This document shows, one piece after another, positions 1-10,327 of a stretch of DNA of 64,000 bases. The notes beneath the pieces are model-generated. The model saw only the letters and a list, made by a program, of their open reading frames with translations, was not told the origin of the DNA and ran no database searches. Each line of letters begins with the position of its first letter. Within the stretch, counting starts at the first letter, position 1. Both the position numbers and the translations under genes were made by a program. Origin of the DNA: an uncultured Actinomycetota bacterium (lineage in GTDB: Bacteria > Actinomycetota > Actinomycetes > JAFAQI01); contig CAWBLI010000001.1 of assembly GCA_963789615.1 (NCBI GenBank), positions 308,685-372,684 of the forward strand, written 5' to 3'.

Positions 1-119
1 CTCGGGGCTTCCTCATAGCCGGGGACCAGTTCCCGGATCCGTTCCGCGGTCAGGAAGGACCGGGTGTGCAGCAGGCAGATGACGAGGTTCAACAAACGCT
101 CGGTACGCCGGGCCGCCAT
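1..119 (-). CDS. PafB/PafC-like HTH-WYL transcriptional regulator, first ~39 codons only (gene runs off the left edge)
   Basis: Own translation of the minus strand from ATG 119..117: MAARRTERLLNLVICLLHTRSFLTAERIRELVPGYEEAP. This matches the conserved N-terminal winged-HTH pattern of PafB/PafC regulators (ERLxNLVxxLLxTRxxxTAExIRxxVxGY). Too short for the ORF track. Confidence 0.55.
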   Translation of the reverse strand, partial: MAARRTERLLNLVICLLHTRSFLTAERIRELVPGYEEAP

Positions 120-164
120 GGGTCAGCGACGTTACCTGCCCACCAGCGTGGGCACGGTGATGTC

Positions 165-1780
165 ATGACCGACGGCGTGGTGATCGGGGCAGGCCCGAAC
201 GGGCTGGTCGCCGCGAACCTGCTGGCGGATGCTGGCTGGTCCGTCGTGGTGGTCGAGGGCGCCGACCGGCCGGGCGGCGCGGTGAAGTCGGCCGAGGTGA
301 CGGCGCCGGGATTCACCAACGACCTTTTCAGCGCGTTCTACCCGCTCGGGATGGCCTCCCCGGTGATCCGTGACCTGCGGCTCGAGGAGCACGGGCTGCG
401 CTGGACGCATGCGCCGCAGGTAGTCGCCCACCCGACCGACGACGGCCGCGCGGCCGTGCTCTCCCGCGACCTCGAGACGACGGCGGAGTCGCTGGCGGCC
501 TACCACCCGGCGGACGGCCCGGCCTGGCGTGAGCTGGTGACGGAGTTCGAACGGATCCGGGAGCCGCTGCTGGACGCGCTGTTCCGGCCGTTCCCGCCGG
601 CTCTCCCGGCCGCCCGGCTGGCGCGGTCGCTCGGCACCGGCGGCCTGCTGCGGTTCGCGCGGTTCGCGACGCTGCCGCTCCGCCGGTGGACCGAGGAGAC
701 GTTCCAGGGTGCCGGCGCGCCGGCGTTGGTGGCAGGGAACGCGCTGCACACCGACCTCGGACCCGACTCGGCTGGCGCGGCCGTTTTTGGCTGGCTGCTG
801 TGCATGCTCGGCCAGACCGTTGGCTTCCCGGTGCCGGTCGGAGGTGCCGGCGCACTCACCGATGCACTGGTGACCCGAGCGAAGTCGCGCGGCGTCGAGA
901 TCGTCTGCTCGGCACCCGTTGCAGCGGTCGTGGTGTGCAACGGCCGGGCGGTGGCGGTCAAGACCCAGGATGGCCGCGAGATCGCGGCGTCGAAGGCGGT
1001 ACTCGCGGCGGTCGACGCACCGCAGCTGTTCACCGAGCTGATCGGCCCGGGCGAGCTGCCGCCCCGGATGCTGGCCGACCTGGGGCGCTTCCAGTGGGAC
1101 AACTCGACCGTGAAGGTCGACTGGGCGCTGGACCGGCCGATTCCGTGGGCGACGCCGGGCTGCGCTGATGCCGGGACTGTGCACCTCGGCGGCGACCTGG
1201 ACTCGCTCGGCCGCTACACGGCGCAGCTCGCGCTCGGCGAGGTCCCGAGCCTGCCGTACGCCGTCGTCGGCCAGATGACCACGACCGACCCCACCCGCTC
1301 CCCCGCCGGAACCGAGTCGGCCTGGGCGTACACGCACGTGCCGCAGCGGATCAGGTCCGATGCCGGTGAGGACGGCATCACCGGCAGCTGGGACGAGCGC
1401 GAGGTCGAGGCGATCGTCGGCCGGATGGAGGCGCGGATGGAGCGGCGGCGCCCCGGCTTCGCGGCAGCGGGTCGTCGCCCGTCACGTGCTGGGGCCGTGG
1501 GCGTTGCAGGCGGACGACCGAAGCCTGTGGAAGGGCGCGCTCAACGGTGGGACCGCCTCGATCCACCAGCAGCTGTTCTGGCGGCCGGTGCCGGGGCTGG
1601 GTCGACCCAGAGACACCGATCCAGCGGCTGTACCTGGCGTCGTCGTCCGCTCACCCGGGTGGCGGGGTCCATGGTGGCTGCGGCGCGATCGCGGCGACCA
1701 CCGCACTGCGCGACGCCGGGGTACTAGGACCCCTCCGCCGCGCCGCGAGCCGGGGCCTGCAGCGCCGGATCTACGCCTGA
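165..1780 (+). pseudogene. NAD(P)/FAD-dependent oxidoreductase, phytoene-desaturase (CrtI)-like family; frame broken twice near the 3' end
   Basis: ORF 66..1727 has the dinucleotide-binding motif VVIGAGPNGLVAANLLADAGWSVVVVE. The expected C-terminus is split over two other frames: RVVARHVLGPWALQADDRSLWKGALNGGTASIHQQLFWRPVPGLGRP (ORF 1360..1986) and RLYLASSSAHPGGGVHGGCGAIAA (ORF 1547..1780). Frame changes fall near 1460 and 1605. Start taken at ATG 165. Confidence 0.8.
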
Positions 1781-1791
1781 CCCGCCAACGG

Positions 1792-2263
1792 TCAGGCGCC
1801 CGAGCGCGCCTTGGCGCCGAGCACCCTACAGGTCAGCGGCGAGCGCGCCTTTTCGAGCCGGCGCAGCGTCTCGACATTGCGGAGCTTGATCAGCAGGTCG
1901 AGAACCGGGGTTGTGGATCCGGCTTGCCGGCCCCCGCTTCGGGTGCTCCTCGATCTCCACCAGACAGCCCGGGTGCCCGTCGTTGAGGCGGAGGACGATC
2001 TGGGCGGTGCCGAGTGGCCACGCATAGCGCCTCGAGCTCGAGCCGGCGCCCTGGGTCGACGGCGAGGACCTCGGTGTGACCGTCGTGCCGGAGCGGGCCA
2101 TGGCCGACGGAGTAGTGGATCCGCGTGCCCGTGGCCGGGAACCCGTATCGGTGTCGCGGATGTGGCTGGTGCCCACCACCCACTCGGCGTACCGGTTGCC
2201 GTCGCTGAGCACCCGCCACACCTGATCGCGGGATGCGTGCATCTGCCGTCTGTTGGTCGCCAC
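1792..2263 (-). pseudogene. SRPBCC (polyketide cyclase/dehydrase-like) family protein; three frame changes
   Basis: N-terminus MATNRRQMHASRDQVWRVLSDGNRYAEWVVGTSHIRDTD and AWPLGTAQIVLRLNDGHPGCLVEIEEHP are in ORF 1826..2263. The middle, FPATGTRIHYSVGHGPLRHDGHTEVLAVDPGRRLELEA, is in ORF 1890..2396. The tail, VLDLLIKLRNVETLRRLEKA, is in the frame of ORF 1792..2958. Shifts fall near 2140, 2030 and 1915. Confidence 0.7.
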
Positions 2264-2319
2264 GGAAGGCTCGTTCCCGGTGTGTCCGCTCGCAACCGGC
2301 CGCTCGGTAGTGTCCCCAG

Positions 2320-3387
2320 GTGATCCGCTGGCGGGATGGACTGGTCTGCGACGTGACGTCGCGGCGCACCGGGACGGTCGAGGTCGTCGTCGACACCGCC
2401 GACGGAGCGGTCGCGGCGCTTGCCTACGTCCCGCTGGTCGGCGAGCCGCGGGTCGGCGACCGGGTGCTGCTCAACACCACGGCGCTCGCGATGGGGCTGG
2501 GCACCGGCGGCCTGGCGATAGTGGTGGCCATTCCCGACCGACTCCCTGCGGACCGCGATGAGCCCGGCCACGTGGTCAAGGCGCGGTACACGCCGCTGCA
2601 GGCCACCGTGCTGGCCGTCGACGAGCAGGACTCCCCCCATCACGAGGTGCTTCGGGACGCGGACGACATCGACGGGATGCCGGTGGTGATCGCGGACCTG
2701 CACTCCGCGCTGCCGGCGGTGGTGGCCGGACTGCGGACGGTCGCGCCGCAAGCGCGGGTCGGCTACGTCATGACGGATGGCGGCGCGCTGCCGGTCTGGT
2801 TCTCGCGCACCCTCGACGAGCTTCGCGCGGCGGGTTGGGTGGCGTCCGCCGTGACGGTCGGGCAGGCGTTCGGCGGCGACGTCGAGGCGGTCACGCTGCA
2901 TACCGGGCTGCTCGCAGCCTGCCACGTCCTGGGCGTCGACGTGGTGGTCGTGACCCAAGGACCCGGCAACCTGGGGACGGGGACCCGCTGGGGGTTCAGC
3001 GGCGTCGCGAGCGGCGAGGCGGTGAATGCCGCGGCAGCGCTCGGTGGCCGGCCGGTCGCGTCGCTACGGGTCAGCCAGGCCGACACCAGGGAACGGCACC
3101 GCGGCCTGTCGCATCACAGCCTGACGGCGCTGGGCCGGGTGGCGCTCGCGGCTGCGGACATCGTGGTCCCCGATCTGCCGGGCGAGTTCGGGGCGCAGCT
3201 CCGGCAGGCGGTGCAGCCGCTGTCGCCGCCGCACCACCTCGTCACTGCACCCATCGACGGCCTGCTCGAGGCACTGCGGTCGACACCGGTGGCGCTGTCG
3301 ACGATGGGCCGCGGACTCGACGACGACCCGGCGTACTTCCTGTGTGCGGCTGCCGCCGGTCGGTACGCCGGCACCCTGCTGGCCTGA
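2320..3387 (+). CDS. Conserved actinobacterial hypothetical protein (resembles the DUF3866 family, from memory)
   Basis: Intact 355-aa ORF with GTG start and no competing frame. Convergent with pafA. The family assignment is recollection only. Confidence 0.6.
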   Translation: MIRWRDGLVCDVTSRRTGTVEVVVDTADGAVAALAYVPLVGEPRVGDRVLLNTTALAMGLGTGGLAIVVAIPDRLPADRDEPGHVVKARYTPLQATVLAVDEQDSPHHEVLRDADDIDGMPVVIADLHSALPAVVAGLRTVAPQARVGYVMTDGGALPVWFSRTLDELRAAGWVASAVTVGQAFGGDVEAVTLHTGLLAACHVLGVDVVVVTQGPGNLGTGTRWGFSGVASGEAVNAAAALGGRPVASLRVSQADTRERHRGLSHHSLTALGRVALAAADIVVPDLPGEFGAQLRQAVQPLSPPHHLVTAPIDGLLEALRSTPVALSTMGRGLDDDPAYFLCAAAAGRYAGTLLA

Positions 3388-3413
3388 GCGCAGCCGCCGG
3401 GCTCAGAGCCTCG

Positions 3414-4772
3414 CTACATGCTCGCGATCAGCTTCTCGACCCGGTCGTCGACCGAGCGGAACGGGTCCTTGCACAGTACGGTGCGCTGAGCCTGGTCGTT
3501 GAGCTTGAGGTGCACCCAGTCCACCGTGAAGTCACGTCGCTTCTCCTGGGCGTGCCGGATGAAGTCGCCCCGCAGCCTCGCCCGGGTGGTCTGCGGTGGC
3601 ACCGACTTGGCCTCAAAGATCTTCAGATCGGTGGTGACGCGCTCGGCGGCGCCGCGGCGTTCCAGCAGGTAGTACAGGCCGCGGCGGCGGTTGACGTCGT
3701 GGTACGCCAGATCGATCTGCGCGACCCGTGGCGAAGACAGCGGCATGTCGTGCTTGGCGCGGTAACGCTCGATCAGCTGGTACTTCGCGACCCAGTCGAT
3801 CTCGCGCTCCACCAGTCCGAGGTCGCCGGTGTCGACCGCCTTCAAGGTCCGCTCCCACAGCTCGAGCACCTTGTCGGTGGTCGGGTCGGAGCCGCGTCGC
3901 TGCACGAAGTCACGGGCCTTGATGAAGTACTCCTGCTGGATCTCCAGCGCGCTCGCCTCGCGACCGTTGGCGAGCTTCACCTTGCGCCGACCGGTCACGT
4001 CGTGACTGACCTCACGGATCGCCCGGATCGCGTTCTCCAGGCTCAGGTCCCGCATCACGATGCCGGCCTCGATCATGCGCAGCACCAGGTCCGTGGTACC
4101 GATCTTGAGCATCGTCGTCGTCTCGGACATGTTGCTGTCGCCGACGATGACGTGTAGCCGGCGGAACCGTTCGGCGTCGGCGTGCGGCTCGTCGCGGGTG
4201 TTGATGATCGGGCGGCTACGTGTCGTGGCGCTGCTCACGCCCTCCCAGATGTGCTCGGCCCGCTGGCTCACGCAGTAGACGGCGCCGCGGGGCGTCAGCA
4301 GCACCTTCCCGGCCCCGCAGATGATCTGCCGCGTGACGAGGAACGGGATGAGTACGTCGGCCAGCCGGCTGAACTCGCCATGCCGGCCGACCAGGTAGTT
4401 CTCGTGGCAGCCGTAGGAGTTGCCGGCCGAGTCGGTGTTGTTCTTGAACAGGTAGATGTCGCCGGCGATGCCCTCCTCGCGGAGCCGTCGCTCGGCGTCC
4501 ATCAGCAGACCCTCGAGGGTGCGCTCGCCGGCCTTGTCGTGGGCGACGAGCTCGATGACGTCGTCGCACTCGGGCGTCGCGTATTCGGGGTGTGAGCCGA
4601 CGTCGAGGTAGAGCCGGGCGCCGTTCTTCAGGAAGACGTTGCTGCTGCGCCCCCACGAGACGACCCGGCGGAACAGGTACCTGGCAACCTCGTCCGGTGA
4701 GAGCCGGCGCTGGCCGCGAAACGTGCACGTGACGCCGTACTCGTTCTCCAGGCCGAAGATACGGCGGTCCAT
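3414..4772 (-). CDS. pafA: Pup--protein ligase PafA
   Basis: [18 protein letters not shown]...[21 protein letters not shown]...[28 protein letters not shown]...[35 protein letters not shown] is near-collinear with mycobacterial PafA as I remember it, including the LIASM end. Start moved to the internal ATG 4772, giving 452 aa. Confidence 0.95.
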   Translation of the reverse strand: MDRRIFGLENEYGVTCTFRGQRRLSPDEVARYLFRRVVSWGRSSNVFLKNGARLYLDVGSHPEYATPECDDVIELVAHDKAGERTLEGLLMDAERRLREEGIAGDIYLFKNNTDSAGNSYGCHENYLVGRHGEFSRLADVLIPFLVTRQIICGAGKVLLTPRGAVYCVSQRAEHIWEGVSSATTRSRPIINTRDEPHADAERFRRLHVIVGDSNMSETTTMLKIGTTDLVLRMIEAGIVMRDLSLENAIRAIREVSHDVTGRRKVKLANGREASALEIQQEYFIKARDFVQRRGSDPTTDKVLELWERTLKAVDTGDLGLVEREIDWVAKYQLIERYRAKHDMPLSSPRVAQIDLAYHDVNRRRGLYYLLERRGAAERVTTDLKIFEAKSVPPQTTRARLRGDFIRHAQEKRRDFTVDWVHLKLNDQAQRTVLCKDPFRSVDDRVEKLIASM

Positions 4773-5268
4773 CCTAGAGCACCCCACTCCACTTAACAGC
4801 ACTGTTTGTGCAGGTCAGAGCCCTAGTTGAGTGGAGCCCAGTGAAGTCGGGTGTCGGCCAGTCTCGGGGACTCTTGGCAAGAATCCGCCAACTGGCAAAC
4901 CAAGAACTAGTAGGTGCCCTCCCCGGTGAGGGCCGGCGAGAGGGGTCGACGCGATGCCGAAGCGAGCGGTTCGTATGCGCCGGCCGTCGCTGCCCGCTGA
5001 GGCCAGCTGGGACGAGATGAGCTTCACGGACCTGGTCAACGAGCACTACCTGCCGACCTAAGCCCACGCCAGCCCCATCACAAGGAAGAACCTGGCATCC
5101 CATGTTGGAGACGGTACCGGCCAACCGGCCCGGGCGGGCGCCAAGAACGCCCGGGCGGCCCGGTTCGCCCTGGCTGTACGTCTTCAGGCGGCCTCCGATC
5201 GCGGCGATCGGGCCGCAGCAGATCCGGGCTGGGCTGTCGAGGGTGGGAGGTCGTGACAGCCTGGCTCG

Positions 5269-6024
5269 GTGACGTATATCGATATCGACGGACATCAGAC
5301 GTGGCATGAGGTGACGGGTGACGGTCCGCCTGTGGTACTGCTGCACGGCGGGTTCTCTGGCGCGTCAGCATTCTTTGCTCAGACGCCGGTGGTCGCTCAG
5401 GCCGGGTACCGCGTCTACGTGCCGGAGCGTCGCGGCCACGCCCACACTCCAGACATTGAGGGGCCGCTGACCTACTCGGTCATGGCCGACGACACGGTGG
5501 CGTACCTGGCCTCAGAGATTGACGGGCCAGCAACGTTGATCGGCTGGAGCGATGGCGCCGTGGTCGCTCTGCTGGTCGCGCAGCGCCGCCCCGAACTCGT
5601 CGATCGGATGGTTCTCATCGGCCAGTACTACAACTCAGCTGGCAAGGCCTCGGACAACCAGATCGAGGCGCTACTGACCTCACCTGAGGCGATGAGTTTT
5701 CTGCGGGCTGGGTACGACGCCTACTCGCCAGATGGACCCGAACACTTCTCGGTGGTCTATGCGAAGACGGTGGAGATGATCCGCAACGAGCCTGAGATTG
5801 ACCTCGCCATGTTGGCCGGCGTGGACGTCCCGACACTGGTCCTGCAGGGCGACCGCGACCTGGTCACCGTCGAACATTCCGCCGCTGTTGTGGCTGCGCT
5901 TCCCGACGCCCGACTCGCGGTACTGCCAGGAACACACGGCCTACCCGTCGAATCGCCGGACACTGTCAACCCGCTCCTCCTCGCCTTCCTGAGACAGGGC
6001 ACCGCCATCCAAGGCCTGATGTAG
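5269..6024 (+). CDS. Alpha/beta-fold hydrolase
   Basis: VVLLHGGFSG oxyanion region, GWSDG nucleophile elbow (G-x-S-x-G), C-terminal LQGDRD...GTHG. Intact 251-aa ORF with GTG start. Confidence 0.85.
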   Translation: MTYIDIDGHQTWHEVTGDGPPVVLLHGGFSGASAFFAQTPVVAQAGYRVYVPERRGHAHTPDIEGPLTYSVMADDTVAYLASEIDGPATLIGWSDGAVVALLVAQRRPELVDRMVLIGQYYNSAGKASDNQIEALLTSPEAMSFLRAGYDAYSPDGPEHFSVVYAKTVEMIRNEPEIDLAMLAGVDVPTLVLQGDRDLVTVEHSAAVVAALPDARLAVLPGTHGLPVESPDTVNPLLLAFLRQGTAIQGLM

Positions 6025-6078
6025 ACCTTCCGAGCGGTGGCGCCGGCTCAGCGCGCGGGGCGTCGCCCTCTTCACCCC

Positions 6079-6234
6079 TCAGTAGTAGTGCCGCCGGCCC
6101 CCCACCGCCCGGCCGGTGGCGCCGAGCAACTCGAACACGAGTCCGAGTACCACCAGGATCAGCCCGACTGTCCACAGAATGGGAATCGAGGCGATAAAGC
6201 CAATGACCAACAGGACGATCCCCAGGATGATCAT
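6079..6234 (-). CDS. Small (51 aa) two-helix membrane protein ending GRAVGGRRHYY
   Basis: Own translation: MIILGIVLLVIGFIASIPILWTVGLILVVLGLVFELLGATGRAVGGRRHYY. It is preceded by GGAGG 9 nt upstream of the ATG. Below the ORF-track length cutoff. Resembles a widespread actinobacterial small hydrophobic protein family. Confidence 0.6.
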   Translation of the reverse strand: MIILGIVLLVIGFIASIPILWTVGLILVVLGLVFELLGATGRAVGGRRHYY

Positions 6235-6374
6235 GACGGGCAACCTCCGATTCAGGGCACCCGGGCGGGTGCTCGCTGGATGTTCCCCGCCGGCACGGTT
6301 TCAATCGGCCAGGACGCCAACTCCCGCCCTATCAGCGCTGACCCGCGACTATCGCTCCACAGCGGCTTGTGGGG

Positions 6375-7934
6375 TCAGTACGGGAGGTCGATGGTCGAGA
6401 CCACCGGGTTGTGATCGGACGGGATTGTCCCGACGAGCTTCCCGTCGGACAGGTGTAGCAGTTCTTGCCAGGACTGCACGCCGACACCTGCTGACACGAA
6501 CACGTGGTCGGCGCTGCCGTGCCCCTGTGGCGGTGTACGACAGAGCCCGTTGATGCTGTCGTACTTCGCGTTCCGCAGGGTTTGGGCGACCTGGATGCCG
6601 TCGAGGTAACCGGCGGCGCGCATCGCGTTGCCGGGCTCGTCGACCTTGTCGAACTCGTGCGGGTAGGAGTTGAAGTCACCGGTGTAGACGATCGGGCCGA
6701 CGCCCATCGTTGTGGCGTACGCCGTGGCTTGCTGCATCATGCTTTTTGTCTCAGCCCCGCGCACGGTGTCCCACGTGTGTCCTCGGGGCGTCGCCAGGTG
6801 GGTGGAGACGAACAATACGGTGGCGCCCGTCTGGTTGACCCGGAAAACCTGGTAGGCGGCGAACCTGCCGCCTCCCCCGGAGTGCCCGGCAACGGTGAGC
6901 TCGTGGTCGAGGAGGATGAAGTGGCCACCGGTGCCGACCGGGTCAACGACAGCAGGGTTGTAGAGGATGTAGTTGCCGGCGTACCGGTTCGCTCCGGTCA
7001 CGCTCGCGTCCGTGTCGGCCAACGCGTAGCGCGGCTGTAGTCCGGCGGCGAGGGAGTCGATCTGGCGGTAGCACGGCTTGTGCGGAATCTCTTGCAGGCA
7101 GGAGTTCCCTTCCTGGATACCGATGATGGCGGCGTCGCTACTGCCCAACAGTGCGAGCTGTCCGGGCCGGCGCTGGGCGAACGGCGCGCCCTTCCCGCCG
7201 GGGTGCTCCTCGCCGTCGAAGCTCGCGTCGAGGGAGTTGTAGGAGACGACCTTCACGACGCTCTGGTTTGTGGTTTCTGTCGCCGTCGTCGGCTCGGACG
7301 GCGGTGAGATTGCGTCGGAGTTCACCGCGCGGACCCGGAAGTAGTACGTCGCGCCGGGGACCAAGCCGTAGGGGGTGAAGCGCGGTGCTGGGCTGCGCGT
7401 GCGGTAAACACGAAGGTGCTGGGTGAACGCGCTGTCGGTGGCCTGCTCGATCACTGCGCCGGTGTCCGCGACGCTCTGCCAGGTCAGATAGGTGCCGCTC
7501 GGGCCGGACACCGCCTGAAGCGAGGTGGGCGCGGTCGGCCGCAGGTACGCGGTCCGATAGTGACGCGACCACCGGGCATGGTGGGCCTCGATGGCCGCGA
7601 CCCGGTAGTAGTACGGCTTCGTCGTGTAGCGCAGCCCACGGATCCGGACTCGGGGCCTGTGGGCAATCACCGACCTGGCGTGCTTGCTGGGTCGGTCGAT
7701 GTTCCGGACGAACAGATCGCTTTTCACCGTTGACACCACAAGCCGGTACCGCCGCACCCCGCGGGTCGGCCGGAACCCCACCGTCAACGACGCTGACGTC
7801 GCTGCCAGCAGATGAACCCGGGCCGGCGGGTCGGTCCGGTCTGCGGCACCGGCGGGGGCGGCAGGGCTGATCGTGAGCGCGACCGTACCCGCGAGCATGG
7901 CAGCCCACGTGACGATGGCGCGGCGACCCCTCAC
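6375..7934 (-). CDS. Secreted fibronectin-III repeat protein with C-terminal endonuclease/exonuclease/phosphatase (EEP) domain
   Basis: Signal peptide MRGRRAIVTWAAMLAGTVALTISPAAPAGA. Two FN3-like segments (LTVGFRP..YRL, YLTWQS..YYFRVRAVN). EEP motifs VVSYNS, IIGIQE, FVSTHL, GDFNS, SDHNPV. Confidence 0.8.
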   Translation of the reverse strand: MRGRRAIVTWAAMLAGTVALTISPAAPAGAADRTDPPARVHLLAATSASLTVGFRPTRGVRRYRLVVSTVKSDLFVRNIDRPSKHARSVIAHRPRVRIRGLRYTTKPYYYRVAAIEAHHARWSRHYRTAYLRPTAPTSLQAVSGPSGTYLTWQSVADTGAVIEQATDSAFTQHLRVYRTRSPAPRFTPYGLVPGATYYFRVRAVNSDAISPPSEPTTATETTNQSVVKVVSYNSLDASFDGEEHPGGKGAPFAQRRPGQLALLGSSDAAIIGIQEGNSCLQEIPHKPCYRQIDSLAAGLQPRYALADTDASVTGANRYAGNYILYNPAVVDPVGTGGHFILLDHELTVAGHSGGGGRFAAYQVFRVNQTGATVLFVSTHLATPRGHTWDTVRGAETKSMMQQATAYATTMGVGPIVYTGDFNSYPHEFDKVDEPGNAMRAAGYLDGIQVAQTLRNAKYDSINGLCRTPPQGHGSADHVFVSAGVGVQSWQELLHLSDGKLVGTIPSDHNPVVSTIDLPY

Positions 7935-8061
7935 CCAAGGAATGTCGACAGCCGCGAGGATTCACTGTGTAGGCCATGCGCGTGATCGTGGCCGTGGTCA
8001 AGATACGAACATGCGGTTCCGCTTCGCTCGGATCGACTCGACGCTGAACGTCATCGACGGC

Positions 8062-10327
8062 TTACTCGAACCTGGCTTGGTCAGGGTCGGTCACCCTCGC
8101 GAGCAATGGGAGCGCTGCAGCGACCGTCGCGAGTGCGACGAGAAGTCCGGTCGCGAGCACGAGGTAGAAGCCTGGACCGGGCGAGGAGGTGGGCACGGCA
8201 GCCGGCAGTAGAGCGTGCGTGAACGGCCGGGCGACACCCAGTCCGATGCCGGCGGCGATCGCCGCGCCAGCGACCAGCGGTAGCCCCGACTCCAGGAGAA
8301 CGACGCGACGTAACGTGGCGAGGGATGTGCCGGACAGCCGGAGCAACGTGAACGGCCGCCGCCTCTCAAGAAGACCCGCGCCGACCGTGACCGCCAGGCT
8401 GCAGCTGGCAACAATGAGCGTAAGCAGGGCAGCGGCAAGGACGACGTGCTGCACGTTGGAAATGTCGTTGGCGCGGATCTTGGCGCTCTCGCCGAAGGTT
8501 TCGGGTGCGATTCCCGCCTCGGCCAGTGAGGCATCGGTCGCGAGGAACGTTCGAACCCGCTCAAGCGTCGACGCATCTGAGGTCTTCACCAACAAGGTCT
8601 TCAGCTCGAGGCGCCGCAGTGGGATGTCTTCTCGCGGTGACGCCGACCCGACCAACGGAAGGATCTTGTTCAGATACAGCGGGTTGTCCGTGGTGAGCCC
8701 CTCGGGACTCAAGCCGACCTCACCAGCGCCGGTCGGACAGGTGCCCAAGGCCGGCACGGCGGCGAGGTCCGCGCAGCTCATGACCGCATCGCCGCCGGGC
8801 AGGTTGTACAGGGGCACGACGGTGACACCCGGGTAGGAGGTGAGATGGCGCAGCAAGCTGACCGATTGCCCGGATGTGAGCCCTCCCACTGCAGCGGCTG
8901 CTTTGACAGCCGCCTTCCCCGGCGGCGCGTCGCTTGGCCCGGACTCGAGATCCATCCGCAGGACTCCCGCCAGCTGCGCGTCGGCCGGAGTCCTGGTCTG
9001 CGCAGTGTTGACCGTGGCGGCAACGACGCCGATGGTGGTGGCCACGAAAACGGCCAGCACGAGTCCGCTGACCGCTCGAAAGGCCGAACCGGGACTGTCC
9101 GCGAGGCGGCGCCCAGCAAGCAGACCCGACGCACCCGACGCGCCGCGCGTGAGCAGTCGGGCAGCGTGACTGGTGAGCCAGGGGCCACCGGTGACCAAGC
9201 CCACCATGATCAACAGGAACCCGAGGAGCGCCAGCGGAAGGTTGAATGGCGGCGCCGCGCTCGCCCCCGGCCCGCTATTCGCCGGGTGTGCCGGCAGGAG
9301 AACGGCCAGAAATAATCCGATCCCGGCAACGAGCGGGACCACGGCGGTCGCCTTGGGCGCTGGCGGAGTGGCCCGACGGGCCACTCCCAACGGCGAGGTC
9401 CGGACCCGGCGTAACGCGATGAGCGAGGCCAAGGTCGCAGCACCCGGAACCACGAGCAGCAGCACCAGATAGTCCAACGCGGTGGCCGTGACCGTACCTG
9501 GGAAGAACCGATTACCGGACAACGAGATGTCTGCAATCGCCGGACGGAGGAGGAGGAAGGCCACACAGCCGAGCAGCGTGCCGGCGACGGCGGAAAGCGC
9601 GGCTTCGACGGTTGCGAGTACGGCGACCTGGCCCGTCGTCGCACCCACCAGCCGCATCGCGGCGTAACGCTGCTCCCGTCGCGCGGCCGACAGCCGTGCG
9701 GCGGTGCTGACCAGGATGAGCAACGGAAACAGCAGCGCGATCGCGCCGACACCGAACGCTAGCCGGTAGACGTTCGTCGTTCCATTGAACTGCGCAGCAG
9801 TGGACACGTGATCGACGGTGATGGTGCCCGGCAGTCGCGCCAACGCCGCCGGGGTGTAGCCGACCACAACGGCCAGCGTGTTCGGGCCGGTCAGTGCCTG
9901 GTCACCGATGGAGCCCGCGAGCGTCCCCGGGAACCGATCGGCGAGCTCGTCGTCGGGAGTCGTCTTCAGCAGCCGGGCAAGAGCGGGCGAGGCGTCGTAC
10001 CGTCCGGCCGAGGGAAAGCCGGTGAGGCCGGGAAGATGCGGAGCGTGAGAGCCGAGCGGCGCAACGGCGAGCTGTTGGATGAACTGGCCGCGGAAGACGG
10101 TCTCGTGGTAGTTCCAGAGCAACTCGCCGGCGCGGCTCTCACCCGGGTGCCGCAGCCCGCGTCGAGGACCACGACGGGGTCTTAGCCGCGGCCTGGAAGC
10201 CGTGGAACTCGGCCAACAAGCCCAGGAGGATGAACGCGCCAACAGCGACGGCGAGCACCATCGCGAGGAACCGGACGAGCGCCTCACGGCCGCTTCGTAG
10301 GACCAGGTGCAGACCCAGCCGGATCAT
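8062..10327 (-). pseudogene. ABC transporter permease, FtsX/MacB-like; one frame break near the 5' end
   Basis: The true N-terminus MIRLGLHLVLRSGREALVRFLAMVLAVAVGAFILLGLL (ORF 10139..10327) ends at TGA 10141..10139. The rest is ORF 8062..10287. By GC3 the N-frame is coding right up to the TGA. Its ATG overlaps the ATPase stop (ATGA). Confidence 0.8.

Noticed and set aside
132-1337. Long antisense or out-of-frame ORFs opposite recognised genes. Examples: 132..1337(-), 1792..2958(-), 2835..4157(+), 18815..20419(+), 22925..24178(+), 24202..25737(-), 27241..28773(-), 27864..29099(+), 33905..35428(+), 37537..38721(-), 46053..47573(-), 54984..56159(+).
   Set aside because: They are Arg/Pro/Gly/Ala-rich translations with no family motifs and no RBS. 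They overlap genes with clear homology-type motifs on the other strand or in another frame. These are typical shadow ORFs of high-GC DNA.
3384-3406. A hairpin CTGAGC-N11-GCTCAG between the convergent DUF3866-like gene and pafA, as a terminator.
   Set aside because: Only a 6-bp stem with an 11-nt loop and no U-tract. Too weak to call.
4954-5061. A 35-codon integrase-like micro-ORF as a feature in its own right.
   Set aside because: It is too short and has no diagnostic motif, so I kept it only as part of the pafA-leader observation.
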